Translations under genes and position numbers: made by a program | Part shown: positions 11,729 to 26,445 of the stretch, one piece after another | How positions within the stretch are numbered: position 1 is the first letter of the stretch | Layout of the letters: every line of letters starts with the position of its first letter | NCBI RefSeq assembly: GCF_009914755.1 | Contig: NC_060929.1 | From: the human T2T-CHM13v2.0 reference genome, Homo sapiens | Strand: one strand, 5' to 3' | Length of the DNA stretch: 64,000 nucleotides | The notes under the pieces: model-generated | Told to the model about the DNA's origin: nothing | The model's database searches: none | What the model saw: only the letters and a program-made list of their open reading frames with translations

Positions 11729-12437
11729 TTCTACATTATGATGAGTTGTATAATTATTTCATTATATATTACAACATAATAATAATAGAAACAAAGTGCA
11801 CAATAAATGTGATGTGCTTTAATCATTCCAAAACCATCCCCCACCATGGTCCATGGAAAAATTGTCTTCCATGAAACCAATCCCTGGTGCCGAAAAGTTT
11901 GGGGACCGCTAACCTAGACACCTTCAAACACCTGGAGGAGTCCAGATATTGAATAATGGATTAGGGATTTGTTTGCCTTACAACTGAGGGCCACAGACAA
12001 TTAGATGGTGCATAGTTGGAAGGAAATAAGACACAAGACTGCCATTGACCTCAGGAGTGAATTCAAGGCACCAGCAATGGAGTTGATCATTGTACTAAAA
12101 AGTGAGTAGGAGTTCAGCTCACTGATAGAAGAAAAGCCAAAGAAAGACTCAGAGTGGCTGCCTTCTCAGTCCCGAGCTTCTCCTTCCCTGTGCAGATTGG
12201 TCTCTCTGTTATTCTTTCCGCCTCTCCTTTTTCCCTGTGACTCTTGATCTTTCTCATTCTGTTTTTCTTTTTATTTATTCTCCTCTTCAACTGTAGTAGA
12301 CATCATTGAGACCTCCATATGCTTCTCATTATTACAAAGAAAATCACAATTCTGGAATTAGATGCGAGTCTGATGGAAGTAATTTTGATTAATTGATTCT
12401 AGCAACATGAATATGTTGCACGTAGATCTCAGCTTGA

Positions 12438-12838
<401 letters not shown>

Positions 12839-12916
12839 TGACAAAAACATTTTTATGGAGAAAAAAAGGTAGAGGTGAAAGACCCCTAACTTAAGCAAAG
12901 TATTTCTATTTCTGTA

Positions 12917-13176
12917 GGCTGGGCACAGTGGTGCACGCCTGTAATTCCAGCACTTTGGGAGGCAGATGGCTTGAGCCCAGGAGTTCCAGACCAGTCTAGC
13001 CAACATGGTGAGACCCTGTCTCTACAAAAAATAAACAAATTAGCCTGGCAGGGTGTCACATGCCTGTAGTTCTAGCTATATTTGAGGGGCTGGGGTTAGA
13101 GGATTGGTTGAGCCCAGGAGGTCAAGGCTGCAGTAAGCACTCCAACCTGGGCAATAGATTGAGACTGTCTCTAAAA
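12917..13176 (+). mobile_element. AluJ
   Basis: J-diagnostic gcttgagcccaggagttc and ggtcaaggctgcagt. The tail has become a microsatellite. Confidence 0.9.
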
Positions 13177-13246
13177 CACACACACACGCACACACACACA
13201 CGTGTGTGTGTGAGAGAGAGAGTGTGTGTGTATATATATATATATA
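13177..13246. repeat. Compound (CA)n(TG)n(AG)n(TG)n(TA)n microsatellite
   Basis: Read directly. Includes a 22-bp perfect palindrome at 13191-13212. Confidence 0.9.
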
Positions 13247-13399
13247 ATCTCCTAGTTGGCGAGTATGAATATAAACTACCATAGTTAATATTTTTATATT
13301 GCTATTAGAGCTGAAAAATGTTTAGAAGCCAACCATTTCCTACTTCCTAATTATCCCATTTACAGGAGAGGATATTAAAGTCATTTAAAGACTACATGA

Positions 13400-13725
<326 letters not shown>

Positions 13726-14450
13726 TCTTATTTTCAATATAAACTTTTTTTCTGCTTATTTCCCCAGGTGTATAGGTAATAATGATAATCAAAACAATTA
13801 TAAAACTAGAATTAGATACACATACATACATACACATTATATTTTAATTCAGAGTGATGTAGGTCACTAGGCTTGCTAAAGTAGTCTCAAGAAGTATGTA
13901 TATATGTGTATGTGTGTGTATATATATACACGTATATATGTATGTATATATATTTGTATTTGTATTCATTTTTAAATATTAAAATGTCTGTAGAAGAGTC
14001 ATGAGACTTTAGAATAAAGATAACTGAAACAAATACCAATGTATTTATTGCTAAGTCTGCAAGTCATAAAAGAGATCCATTTTCATGAGTTCTGCTGTGC
14101 TAACCTGTGGAAAACAAAATATAAGCAGGGTTTAACTTCTGCAGTTATAATTAATCTTTCTAAATTTAACATCATTCTACAATAATAAAATTTTTATCTA
14201 GTCCCTGTTAAGTGTGTAAATAAATTCAATGCAAAGTAATGTTTAAACATTTTTGGCTGTTGCTTTTCTAAATTCATCTAAGGCATTTTCATTTAGGTCT
14301 CAGTTCATAAGTTCTTCCCTGATCTCCTTTTTAAAAATAGCCCTGCCATTCTGTATTAAATCAGCTTATTCTCATTCCTGCGGAGCCCTTGTCAGTACCT
14401 GAAAGTATCTTGTTTATTTATATTTTTAGTTGTTCACTATTATCTAATTC

Positions 14451-15233
14451 GAGAGCAAATCCAGGTTTTGTGGGGTCTAAAGCTAACACGATTCTGGTGA
14501 TCCTTTTAAAGAAAATAATTTGAAATTATGAGTACAGCAAGTCCTTGAATAATGCTGTTTTGTTCAACATCATTTCATAATAACACTGATGAGCAAAAAC
14601 ACTGACTCCCAGAGGGATCACTGTCTGTGTGGAGCTGGCACCTTCTCCCCCGATCTGCAGGGTTTTCTCTGGGTTCTCAGGTTGCCTTCCAATCCCAAAG
14701 ACGTGCACATTAGGTGAACTGGTACATCCACATTGTCCCAGTGTGAGCGAGTGTGGGTGTGAGTGTGAGTGAACCCCGTGATGAGTTGTTGTCCTGTCCA
14801 AGCCTGGCTCCCCAACCTTGTACCCTGAGCTGCTGAGATTGGCTCTGGCTAATCACGACCCTGAGCTGGAATAATTGGGTAAATAATTATCTTATTTTTA
14901 TTAAATATATTTATTAATTATTACATATATGTATGTCTATTAAATATTTGCATAGCTAACATTTATTTGGTTAATAGCAGGAGTGTTTTGGTTTTTATTT
15001 AGGAGTTTGCTGATGCTTTTGTGACCAGAAATATGCAGTAGAAACTTCCCTCTCGTTTACATCAATTTGTCAGTGTAAAGTTGGATTTGTGGTATGTCAT
15101 TCAGCTTAAAGTCGCTGTTTTCAAGAACTTTCTGACTTATTGTACAAAATGAGGTAGAAAATGTCGCAGAAAGCACTGTGCAAGGGAGTGGACCTGAAGC
15201 TTTTCTTCACTGGCTTCAGGTAAATCCAGCCCC
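14451..15233 (+). mobile_element. Ancient hAT-like MITE (MamRep38-like, family uncertain), split by MER6A and lying within an L2 relic
   Basis: Left part gcaaatccaggttttgtggggtctaaagct, right part cctgaagctt..ggtaaatccagcccc. L2 3'-end-like sequence at about 15250-15350. Confidence 0.5.
14535..15142 (+). mobile_element. MER6A (TcMar-Tigger non-autonomous element)
   Basis: TA|cagcaagtcc..gacttattg|TA, 608 bp. Internal V-SINE-like domain ctgtgtggagctggcaccttctcccc..cccaaagacgtgc. Confidence 0.8.
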
Positions 15234-15996
15234 AGTCTTACCCATCAGCTCGTGAGATTTCCTAGGAGCAGAGACTTCGTTTCTTGCTCACTGCTGTATC
15301 TCCAGCATTTCACAAACACTTAATACAGTTTTTTTGAGTGAATTAATGAAGGTGCATGCTACAATCATACTTCCTTTATTGCTCATAATTGCTTTTCTCA
15401 TAGCAAATACAAATTTCAGCTGTTATAAATAATGAGGCACAGTGATCTCATTATTTCATTGTTCCATTTGGGTTCCTGTATTTGTTTGCTGTGGTGCTTT
15501 ATGGAAAAGTAATTTTGTTGTAATAAGGACTGCATTTTTTCTGTTTAAATTGCTATCCAGCATGACGTCTCTCAGGATATAATATTATATTTCACTGTTA
15601 TATTTCATATAATTGTGAAAGACTTAGCAAGATCATTCTCACTTTCCCTTTTGAGAATTTTATGGGTACTTATATTTATTTATTTTTGACTTAATTTTAC
15701 TTTCTGAATTTTACCTCAATGAGCATATATTGATTTTTACAATAAAAATAATGAAAAAAATTTTTTGGAAAAAAAAAAAACAACAGAGTAAGTTTTGTTC
15801 TCATTGTTTGCCTGAAGCGTATCACCATTTTGCAGAATACTTTTACCACATGAAATTCCTGTTCATAGTCCCTACTCACCTTATCCTAATTTTTTTTCTT
15901 TCATAGTTTATTTACCTTACAGGTGGATGTCTGCTAAGAGTTGAATGTTTCTCAATGCATAGCTTTCAGGCCTGAATTTCGTAAATATGGGTACTT

Positions 15997-15997
<1 letters not shown>

Positions 15998-16029
<32 letters not shown>

Positions 16030-16306
16030 GATGGAGTCTCACTCTGTGGCCAGGCTGGAGCGCAGTGGTGCGATCTCGGCTCACTGCAGCCTCTGCCTCC
16101 CAAGTTCTAGCGATTCCTCTGCCTCAGCCTTCCGAGTAGCTGGGACTACAGGTGCACGCCACCATGCTCAGCTGATGTTTTGTATTTTTAGTAGAGACGG
16201 GGTTTCACCATGTTGACCAGGCTGGTCTCCATCTCCTGATCTCGTGATCCACCCGCCTTGGCCTCCCAAAATGCTGGATTACAGGTGTGAACCACTGTGC
16301 CTAGCC
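15998..16306 (-). mobile_element. AluS (Sc-like)
   Basis: Antisense Alu with long poly-T. TSD atatg(g/t)gtacttc. Confidence 0.95.
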
Positions 16307-17433
16307 ATATGTGTACTTCTTTTGTTCACTTGAGGCATCCAGAAATTACACGTGAATTACAGTATTATTCTTACTTGTTTGAATATTGGTAACTACAGGG
16401 AATAGTCACTGTGTGGGACCACAGCTATTCTTTCATTTTTTCTCTGAGATTCCTACATTTTAAGGGCTTACATTCAAACAGCCTGGGTATATTTGATTGT
16501 AATTAATTAATTAATTTTAAAGCATTTGGGACAATGTGGTATGATTATCTGATCAAAGAGTTTCAATGTGCTTTCTCTGATGAAGCAAGATACATTATTT
16601 TAGGAAGTGTCTCAAGTGAAGAGTTCTGCATCTGGCATGAATGTGGAGGTGGATCAAATCCAGCCGCTGGGTGACGTCCCATGGTAGGACGCTGACTGGC
16701 TAGAGTGAAACTGTCAAAAGCTCAGTTTAGCCTCAGTTTTCACCAATGGTTTACACATTTTAGGAATTAATTGTAACTAGTTTTAGGGCTCTCTTTTCTT
16801 GTTAGTATGATTGAGAATGTTCAAGGTTAACTAGTCCCATTCTAGCACTGTGAACTCATACTACTATTAGCCTGAGAAAGGATAATTAAGAAGAAAATCT
16901 ACTGTCCTTAGAATAAACAAATGAAAGATCATGTGCTTGGCTGTAGGTTAAACAGAAAGGACTGCGATTATGGATTCGATTTGAATTACCTGTATCAGAG
17001 TGCTCTGTTAGTCATGGAAATTAGCGGGTTTTCTTAAGACGTTCTAGTGTTAAACAGGGAAGTATGGAAAAGTATAATCAATGAATATTTATTGAGGGAA
17101 TTATAAGGTAAGGATGTAAAGTTAATCCCAATCGCAAAGTCGATGATTTTCAAACACTAGTTGAACATAATTATAATGTATATCAGGGAATCAGACTTTG
17201 TCTACATTCCATATTCTTGATGGAATTTCTAAGAATTGTGCTAAAATTAGCAATCAGAGTTCTATGACCTGGCAGGATGGGCTTGAGTCTTCAGGGATTA
17301 TCAGGAATTCACATATGTTGGAGGCACAACAGAGAGGGTCCTTCAGCACAGATTAAAATCGCATGTGTGTTTGTAGTGCTTTCTCTTTTTAGTGTGAACG
17401 TTGCCAGATATCTTACAGCAATGACGGTGCAGA

Positions 17434-17608
17434 GCATTGGTTCTCAAATCTTACTGTGCATCAGATCATGTGGAGGATTTTTGTTAAACATAGATTCCCT
17501 GCCCTTCCCTAGTCCACCAGGAGTAGGTCTGGGAGGGACACAGAATTTGCATTTCTAACAAGTTCCCTGATACAAATGGTTGGGGAGCCACATGTAGAGA
17601 AAAATGAT
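17434..17608. mobile_element. MER5A (hAT-Charlie MITE)
   Basis: cattggttctcaaa..gcatcagatca..gtaggtctgggg..agaatttgcatttctaacaagttccc. Confidence 0.8.
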
Positions 17609-17844
17609 GCAGGGTATTGATGGACTAAAAAAATCACTTATACATATAGTTTTAGGGTTATAGATCTATCAGAGTCATCATTTTATATACCTTCATGAAA
17701 AAAATGAGAAAAAGTTAATTCTAAAGCTTTTCTATTGACAAAATGACAAAGCTGTTCATATAGCTTTTGATGCTGGAAAAATTAAATATAGCAACTTATG
17801 ACTACTAATTAGCAAAAGTAAAGGTCTTTAGGATTTAGAATTAG

Positions 17845-18140
17845 TTCCCATGTATTCTTTATCCAGTCACCCTCAGTGGTAATCTCTTGCCAACTATATA
17901 GTATAATATCCAAACCAGAAAATTGACATTAGTCCAATCCAAAGAATTTATTCATATTCCACTAGTTTTATAGGCACTCACTGTGTGTATATAAAGTTCC
18001 AAGCAATTTTATCACATGTGCAGATTTGTGTAACTACTACTGCAATCAAGATACAGATAGTTCCATCAAAATGAAGATCTCTCTACCCCTTTATGGAAAC
18101 ATCTACCTTCCTTGTTCCTATTCCTCAACCTTTGGCCATT
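17845..18140 (-). mobile_element. Old L1MC/MD 3' UTR fragment
   Basis: aaaccagaaaattgacatt..gcaattttatcacatgtgcagatttgtgtaactact..aatcaagatacag. Confidence 0.65.
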
Positions 18141-19227
18141 CCTTTTTGGGAGTGTGCATATTTTTTGCTATTCAGAGCTCACACTCTTCCTATGCTGGCT
18201 AGGGTGGAATTTAGAGCTATGGGATTGTAGAAAACCATATTCCTAATGGCCATTAGATGAGCAGCTTTTAGTGCTATTTAAGGTAAGGTAAAAACCCTAG
18301 TTTTTACAAGGTGGATCTTTGTTTACATAGCACAATAAAGCGGCAGTGATTCCTAAATGTAGGCCATGCATTTCCCTATTTTGCCACTAATAGGGAAAGA
18401 GGTCATTTCAGTTTTGAAAGGTCTGGCCAATTCTTTAGCTGTAATTTCTAGAAAGGTTTTACTTTCAACTTTTCTACACTCATCCAAAACTTTCCAGATA
18501 AATGGCACCAGAGCTCTCTATAGGTCTTAAGTGTCAGATGGTTGTAATTAGAGAATAATGCCTACTAGCCATGTCCACGTTGTGAGGAGAGCCTTATAAG
18601 CTGTCACCATGGTCTGGCACTTAAGTGAGAAATGAGTTATTGGTATCTGAGTCCAAAAGAAAATAAGATTCTAAGAGTAAGAAGTCGTTAAATGATTGGC
18701 ACCATTGTTTTTGTGTAGTGAGAGGTGTAGCCCAGTTAGGGTGTTGCAGTGGTGTCTCCTGATATTTATGGTTATAGAAGAATGCAAAAGTTTAGATAAT
18801 AGTTTCTTTCATCTTTACAACCAAAACAAATCTATTAATATTACAGTGGCTTAACATGAACGGAAATGGACTGAACCTGGCAGGCAAAAGACAACATTTA
18901 AAATTCTCTGCCTATTTTCTAGCTATTCTCTAGGGCTTGGTAGCTTTCTTAAATATAAAATGCTTTGAATGCCTGAAAATACACATATAGATTTCTCTTT
19001 TGTTCTTTCCATCTAGCTCAGTGGTTCTTAACATTTAGTTTGCCTCAGAATGAAAGTACAGGTTTAGGCACAAAACCTCATAGGCTATTCTTTATTGACA
19101 ATTTGAGAAATGTTCAAGAGTAATCTTTTTTAACCATATAGAATTTTTACCTTGTTCTTTGGGAACCGAATCCCCACCTAATATGAGGCTCCACTAATAT
19201 ATGTACACACAAATTATTTTAAGTTAA

Positions 19228-19910
19228 ATTTTTTTAAAAATTTCAATAGTTTTTGGGGAAGGGTTGGTTTTTTTGTTACATGGATAAGTTCTTTAGTGGT
19301 AATTTCTGGGATTTTGGTGCACCTGTACCTGAGCAGTGTACACTGTACCCAATGTGTAGTCTTTTATCCCTCACCCCTGTCCATCCTTCCCCCTGAGTCC
19401 CCAGAGACCATTATATCATTCTTATGCCTTTGCGTCCTCATAGCTTTTCTCCTACTTGTAAGTGAGAACATACGACATTTGGTTTTCTATTTCTGAGGTA
19501 CTTCACTTAGAATAATGCTCTCCACCTCCATCCAGGTTGCTGCAAATGCCATTATTTCATTCATTTTTATGGCTGAGTAGTATTCTATGGTGTATATACA
19601 CCATGTTTTCTTTATCCACTTGTTGTTCTATGGGCATGTAGGCTGGTTCCATACTTTTTCAATTGCAAATTGTGCTGCTATAAATATGCTTGTGAAAGTA
19701 TCTTTTTCATATAATCACTTCTTTTCCTCTGGGTAGATAACCAGTAGTGGGATTGCTGGATTACATGGTAATTCTACTTTTATTCTTTAAGGAATCTCTA
19801 TGCTGTTTTCCATAATGGTTGTACTCATTTACATTCCCACCAGCAGTGTAAAAGAAGTGTTTCCTTTTCAACTCATCCATGCCAACATCTGTTAGTTTTT
19901 GATTTTTTAA
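19228..19910 (-). mobile_element. L1PB-type 3' end
   Basis: gttacatggataagttctttagtggt..gtgagaacatacga..ccagtagtgggattgctgga..tacattcccaccagcagtgta. Confidence 0.9.
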
Positions 19911-22689
19911 GATATTTTTATAAATTATCTCTTGTGACTGTTACAACAATCCCATGAGGCAGAAAAGGCAGATATTTCAATTTTTAATATAGGTAAATAA
20001 GACTGAGAACTTACATACAAAGGAAGATAATCTTTGAAATGCTGTCTATTTATTAATGTGCTTTTCTCTTCAGCACTTCCTTGTACATCCACTTTACCTT
20101 GAGATAAATTGTGATTATTGTATCAAAAATTCAAGAGAAAGAATCTATCAATGTCTACAAGAGCCTGATTTTGCTGAGAAGAAATCCTCTTGAGCATAAA
20201 AAGGGAAGATTCTTGAAGGAGGCAGGATATAGAATTTATATTGTAACAATGCATTGGAAAGGGGATGGAAAAATTCTCAAGAGTCCAACTTGCTAGGAGA
20301 TGAGGTGAGGGCATGTTGGCTGGGGCGAGGAAAGAGATTTGGGTGGGATTTGACCTTGGAGGAGGTTGGTGTGTCCTTGGAGGTGTGGATCAACCTTGAG
20401 GGTCACTTGGAGAGTCAAGTCAGTATTAAGGGACTTCCCTGCATTTTTTGTGACCAAAAGTAGGAAGTGAGTGTACAAGTACCCAGTCAATGACTTTGAT
20501 GCCCTATAGCCACCCAGAAGAAGCCTGCACATTAGCTGTGTAAGGACCTACAAAACTTTTCTTCATGGCTGCCTGATATGATCCTTTCAAGATAATTATT
20601 GACTTGTGCCCTTTTATTTTTCTGAATTCCATCCAAAACTACCTATATGGATACTCCCCTTTTCAATTGCCAGGACACCTGATAGCTCTACCTGTCACTG
20701 CCAGAGGGATAATGTAATATGACAGGAAAAAAGTTCCCTAATTCTGCTATGTAAGTGGAACTAGATGGTAGTGAAAGCCATTGCTTTTTCACATAGTTTG
20801 ACAACGACAGGGGAGGCAAGTAAACTGGTCTCTAGAGCCCCTGTTCTGTCCACTCTACCACACCAGCTCTCCCTATTTTCAGATTATCATGCAAATGATG
20901 AAGTAACAGGTCATGAATACGAGATGGGAAACAGAAAGCAGGAATCAAAGGAAGCAAAATAAGACATTTATGTTAATGTTTCAAAGACCCAGACTAGCTT
21001 AGGAAGTCATTATCTGTCTTAGAATAGTGGTGAACAAAAAGCACAAAATTCTTTCAGGTCAGAAAATGCAAATTATGTCAGCCCTTATTGCAGAGAGTTT
21101 AAAACACGGAATAGATTATCACTATTTGTTTTGATGTAATTCATACAGTTTACATCTGCCCAAACAAATTTTAGTCCATTAATAATAATCTCTTGCCTAC
21201 AAATGTGTCATCTTCAAGAAATATTTATTGAGTACTTGCCAAGACTAGGCATTGAAGATACAAAGATAAATAACATGTATTTGGTTAATAGTAGGATAGT
21301 AGGAGTGTTTTAGTTCAAAAAGAACTAGAGAAGATCATATTTTAGTAGCCTATAAAAGGTCAATTACATATATATTGCAGCAAGCATGAAAATAGAAGTA
21401 TAAACAAATATTATACGACAGATACCAGAGGATGGAGCAACCATCTCTGCTTGCTATTTCGGTTAATGCTTGAAAGATGAGAGAAAGATTGAAAGGTAGA
21501 GAAAGGGGAGTAAGAGAAGAGGGCATTCCAGCAAAGGTAAAGAAGAGGTACAGCATAGGGTGTATTGGGAAGTGGTAAGAGATCAACCCACAGAGAAAGA
21601 TGGAGGCAGGTGGGAAGGGCCATCTAGGCCAAGCTGTGAGTGGGTTTCAAGGTGACGGTGAGCTGGGAAGACCCTCATAACCTCCTTCCCGCTTCCTTTC
21701 CAGCCTCACTGGGTGCCACATGTTCTCTCCCTCATACGCACTTTTTCTGTCTTTCAAGCCTGCTCTGACCTTTCTCATCTCGGTGACTTCATCCATGCTG
21801 CATTTCTGTCTGAAATAGTTTTCTTTTTCACCTGATTCTTCCTTCTTGCCCTTGTCCAAACATATTACCCTTGGAAACCTGCTCCTTCTCCTCTCTCAGG
21901 TTCATCTTGTTTGAGAAAGACGTTGTGTGGCCCTCTGAGCAACTAAAAAAAAGTAGGTTTCTGCTTGTTATTTTCTCTTCATTTTTCTCATAATACTTAC
22001 CATGGTTTAGAAATATAGAAATGATCATTGATGATGCACATAATCTATAATTGTTATTTTTGGTAGCTGGGTTTTTATTTGCCAGTTTGACTTCAAATTC
22101 TGCAACACATTCCTAGAATGCTCTCTCATTTCTTAGTGTGTTTCAAAATACTGCCACTCCCTCCAGATCCTGGTGCCCTGAGGAGAAATCAGCCTGGAGT
22201 CTGAAATTTAGGACTATCTTTTTGAAGACACAGTTTAAAACCGGAGAAGAGGAAGAGATCACCTAGGAAGAAAGTGTAAGTGGCAAGAGAATTCATGCTA
22301 TAGTTGAGGGTCATATAGACTCTGGTGGAAGATGGTGAGCCCCAGCTTGGGTATGACCAGCTTAGACCCTAAGTCGTAAAAACTTCTGATGTGATGATCT
22401 GATCTCCCCTCTGCGCCTCAGACCAGGACATCAAACCTCTTATCTGGTCATCTCATTTGCTTGTCATAAAGAATCTCTAGCTCCACATGTCCAAGCCTCA
22501 ATTCCTGACCTTCCTCGTCCAATCTCTTCCCTCTTCTGAGTTCTTTCTACCATTTGATTACTATGCCAGGAAGAAATATGGGGATAGTTTTTGACTCCTC
22601 CTTCTCTGGCATCCTCTTCCTTCCTTATTCAATTTCAACAGTGATAGTATTTACTAAGGTAGTATAAAAGTATATAACCAAGAGAATGA

Positions 22690-23490
<801 letters not shown>

Positions 23491-23994
23491 GGTCAACATT
23501 TTGCTCGATCTAACACGTTTGTTTGGGCTTCATGTCATTTCCACAGTCTCATTCTCCTAGGTTACCAGATTTCTTGCTATTGCCTCTGCACATTGCATGA
23601 GCTTAACATCCATCACTTGGTTTATACTTTGAGTCTCTCCTTAATGTACAATCTGTTTTCCCAATCACTTCCAATGTTTCTATCACCTTCTTTACTCATT
23701 GACTTGGGCTATTCATTATTCCTGGACATTGCTTTTTTTTTATAGTCTTGGATTCTGTAAATTTTCTCACTCTCTTTCTGTCCTACCATATCATCCCTTT
23801 TTTTCTATATGTTTCTAAAATGCTATTCAAGACTTACATCAAAGACCATTTTCACCAAAAAGCCATTTCTGTCTTAGCATAATGACTTTTTCTTTCTGCA
23901 ACTCCCAAGTGCTATAATTTTTCTTTTTCACTTTCAACGAAATTGGAGTATTTCATTCATTCAATTGTAATAAAATGTCCTTTTCATGCAGAGA

Positions 23995-24925
23995 CTCATG
24001 TTCCACTCTTTCTCTGCTGTGTTCTGTATCTCAGAGGGCTGGCCTTTGCAAACTGTCTTTGCCAGACTCCCTTGGCAAATGGCTTTCCTCCATGTTATGC
24101 CAATGGGAGGTGTTGGAGGGAGGCTGGAAAGGGAGAGAAAGTGAGGAGCCTGTGGCAAATTCTCACATGGTTGTCTAGCCCGCTGACATTGGAGAAGATG
24201 TTACTTCTGTGAGAAATCAGCTGTAGCATTGTCGTTCTGTATCCCACATTCACAGCGACCACAGAGGGGACACCATAACCACAATCTTGAGTGTATAAAA
24301 AGGTGTCCCTCTTGCAAAGACCACAATGGCCAGGCCAGAGCTTATACAATTGCTAATTAATTAGTCCAGACATCGCCATCCAATCCATAGCCTTTGGAGA
24401 TTTTGATTTCCTAATCTGGACAGAAATTGTTTATTTTTCAGTGATAAAGAAGGGATTTCTATTTTTCTTCTCAAGACTCAGCCCCTGGAATGTTACCTCT
24501 GTGTTGGATTAAGTTTACCTCTTGATGCTTCTACTAAGTACTCATTCTATGGTCCCAGAGTCTTACTTTAAAAAAAATCCCTCTAAACTCTCTTCCATCT
24601 GATTCAGGTAATAACTACTCTGGGGTTCCAGCTTCCTCCAGGCAGCCCATCTCATGATCTCAGCCCTACCATAGTACTTCCACCATAGCACTCATTCCCT
24701 CCAGTGGGCCCCAGACAACCATAATTTGGCAACACCATCTCCATTTCCTTGCAGGCCCAGAGGTGACATTGGCTGTTGCTCATCTTTGGCATTCCTCACC
24801 TTTCCCTGTTGGCCCTCATGCTCTTGCAATACCTTTGTAATTAGTTTTGCCAATCAAATTCCTTCTATGAACTTTCTTGGCATGATCTCTATTTTCCTGA
24901 CTAGACTTTCCATAGAGTGATATAA
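23995..24925 (+). mobile_element. Old ERVL LTR (LTR33-like), interrupted or degenerate
   Basis: ccagactcccttggcaaatggctt..gccaatgggaggtgttggaggga and 3' end ttttcctgactagac..tgatata. Confidence 0.55.
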
Positions 24926-24979
24926 TAGGGGAAAAAAACTATATTTGGCACTGAAATAACTTAAAAAATTAAAAAAAAA

Positions 24980-25150
24980 TTGTAGCTCTGCTGTTTATTA
25001 ACTATGTCTTTGAACAACTAACTTCACTCTCTGAATCTTAGTCGTTTCTTTTGTAATATAAAGTTGTCTCTCTTATGAGCTTAATGTGTAAGAATTCAAT
25101 ACAGTAATGAATGTGGGAGTACTCTGTAAAGTGCTAAGTAAATACAAGGC
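24980..25150 (+). mobile_element. MIR fragment
   Basis: agctctgctgtttattaactatgtctttgaacaactaacttcactctctgaatcttagt. Confidence 0.6.
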
Positions 25151-26094
25151 TTGATACCCTTCATTTCGCATTCATGTTGTTTATCTTTTCATGAATTTGT
25201 TTCTTATCCTCATACACAGATAATCAATTTTATAAGAGCACAGATCTTATCTTGTATTTTTTGCATAACCTCCCAATGACTTATACATTGTTGTTGTTGC
25301 TCAATGCATGATAGTTGTTCGATAAATACATACTGAGTCATCTGCTAAGAACAAGTAATGATGTTATCTACTCAATGCAGTTCCTGTGCTTTCAAACATT
25401 TCCCAAAGAAAACAAGTTAATATGTTATCCACACATTGTGAATTTGAAATTTTGAAACTATAACATCCTACTTTAGCCACTCTGTTACTTGTGATAGAAT
25501 GCAACAAGAGAAAAAAAGGTTTTTTTAATCACTGGAAAAGACATCTTCCATGTTGCCTCCAAAATACATTGTTTTCTGATTTTAAAATTATGAAAAAATA
25601 CAGAATGTATTCTCTGACAGTCATTGCAGGAGGCATTTGTAAAACACATTTCCATTCCACAGAAATTACTCAGGATTGTCATACCTCTTGTGGTTCCAGC
25701 ATTGTACAGATTTCCTAATTGTTGTAATTAGAAATAACAGCAAAAGGCAGTATCAAAAGAAGCAGAAATAGAAAACAAGAGCTATTGATGGCTAAGGAAG
25801 AAAGCATATACTTAAGCATTGGACATAGAACAATTTCAGACAAATGATAACATGTTGGCTTAGTACAAGGAAGTGGTTAGTTTGCTGTGGAGGAGCTAAG
25901 CATGAAGACGGAGACAACGAGAGACAGAGATCAGCCAGACCCATGCTGTAGAAAGAAGAGGATCATGCTGAGATGTTACCTTCTCATTCCAGGGGAAGAC
26001 TCTGACTGCTGAGCTTGGGTGAGAGAAACCAGTCATTAACCACAGAACTTCATTGGACTTATTCTCATGTACTACTTATTATTAAAAATAGCAG

Positions 26095-26102
26095 TATATA
26101 TA

Positions 26103-26162
<60 letters not shown>
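26095..26162. repeat. (TG)n(TA)~24 microsatellite at an AluJ tail
   Basis: Read directly. Confidence 0.95.
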
Positions 26163-26168
<6 letters not shown>

Positions 26169-26445
26169 TTTATTTTTTTTCCTGAGATAGGGTCTCGCTC
26201 TGTTGCCCAGTTCGGAGTGCAGTGGCAGGTTCACTCTCACTGCAGCCTTGATCTCCTGGGCTCAAATGATTCTCCCAACTCAGCCTCCTGAGTAACTGGC
26301 ACCACAGGTGTGCACCACCACATCCAGCTAAGTTTTTGACTTTTTGTAGAGACAAAGTCTTGCTGTGTTGCCCAGGCTGGTCTTGAACTCCTGGGCTCAA
26401 GGAATACTGCCACTGGGATTATAGGTGTGAGCCACTGCACCTGGC
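26163..26445 (-). mobile_element. AluJ
   Basis: cactgcagccttgatctcctgggctcaa and gaactcctgggctcaag. Confidence 0.9.

Larger units (their letters stand above)
9032..11911 (+). mobile_element. Near full-length Charlie3 (MER1 parent) hAT DNA transposon
   Basis: MER1-type termini cagggtcccca.. and ..ggtgccgaaaagtttggggaccgct. Degenerate 8-bp TSD ACCTACAT (9024-9031) / ACCTAGAC (11912-11919). Internal transposase remnants. Confidence 0.88.
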
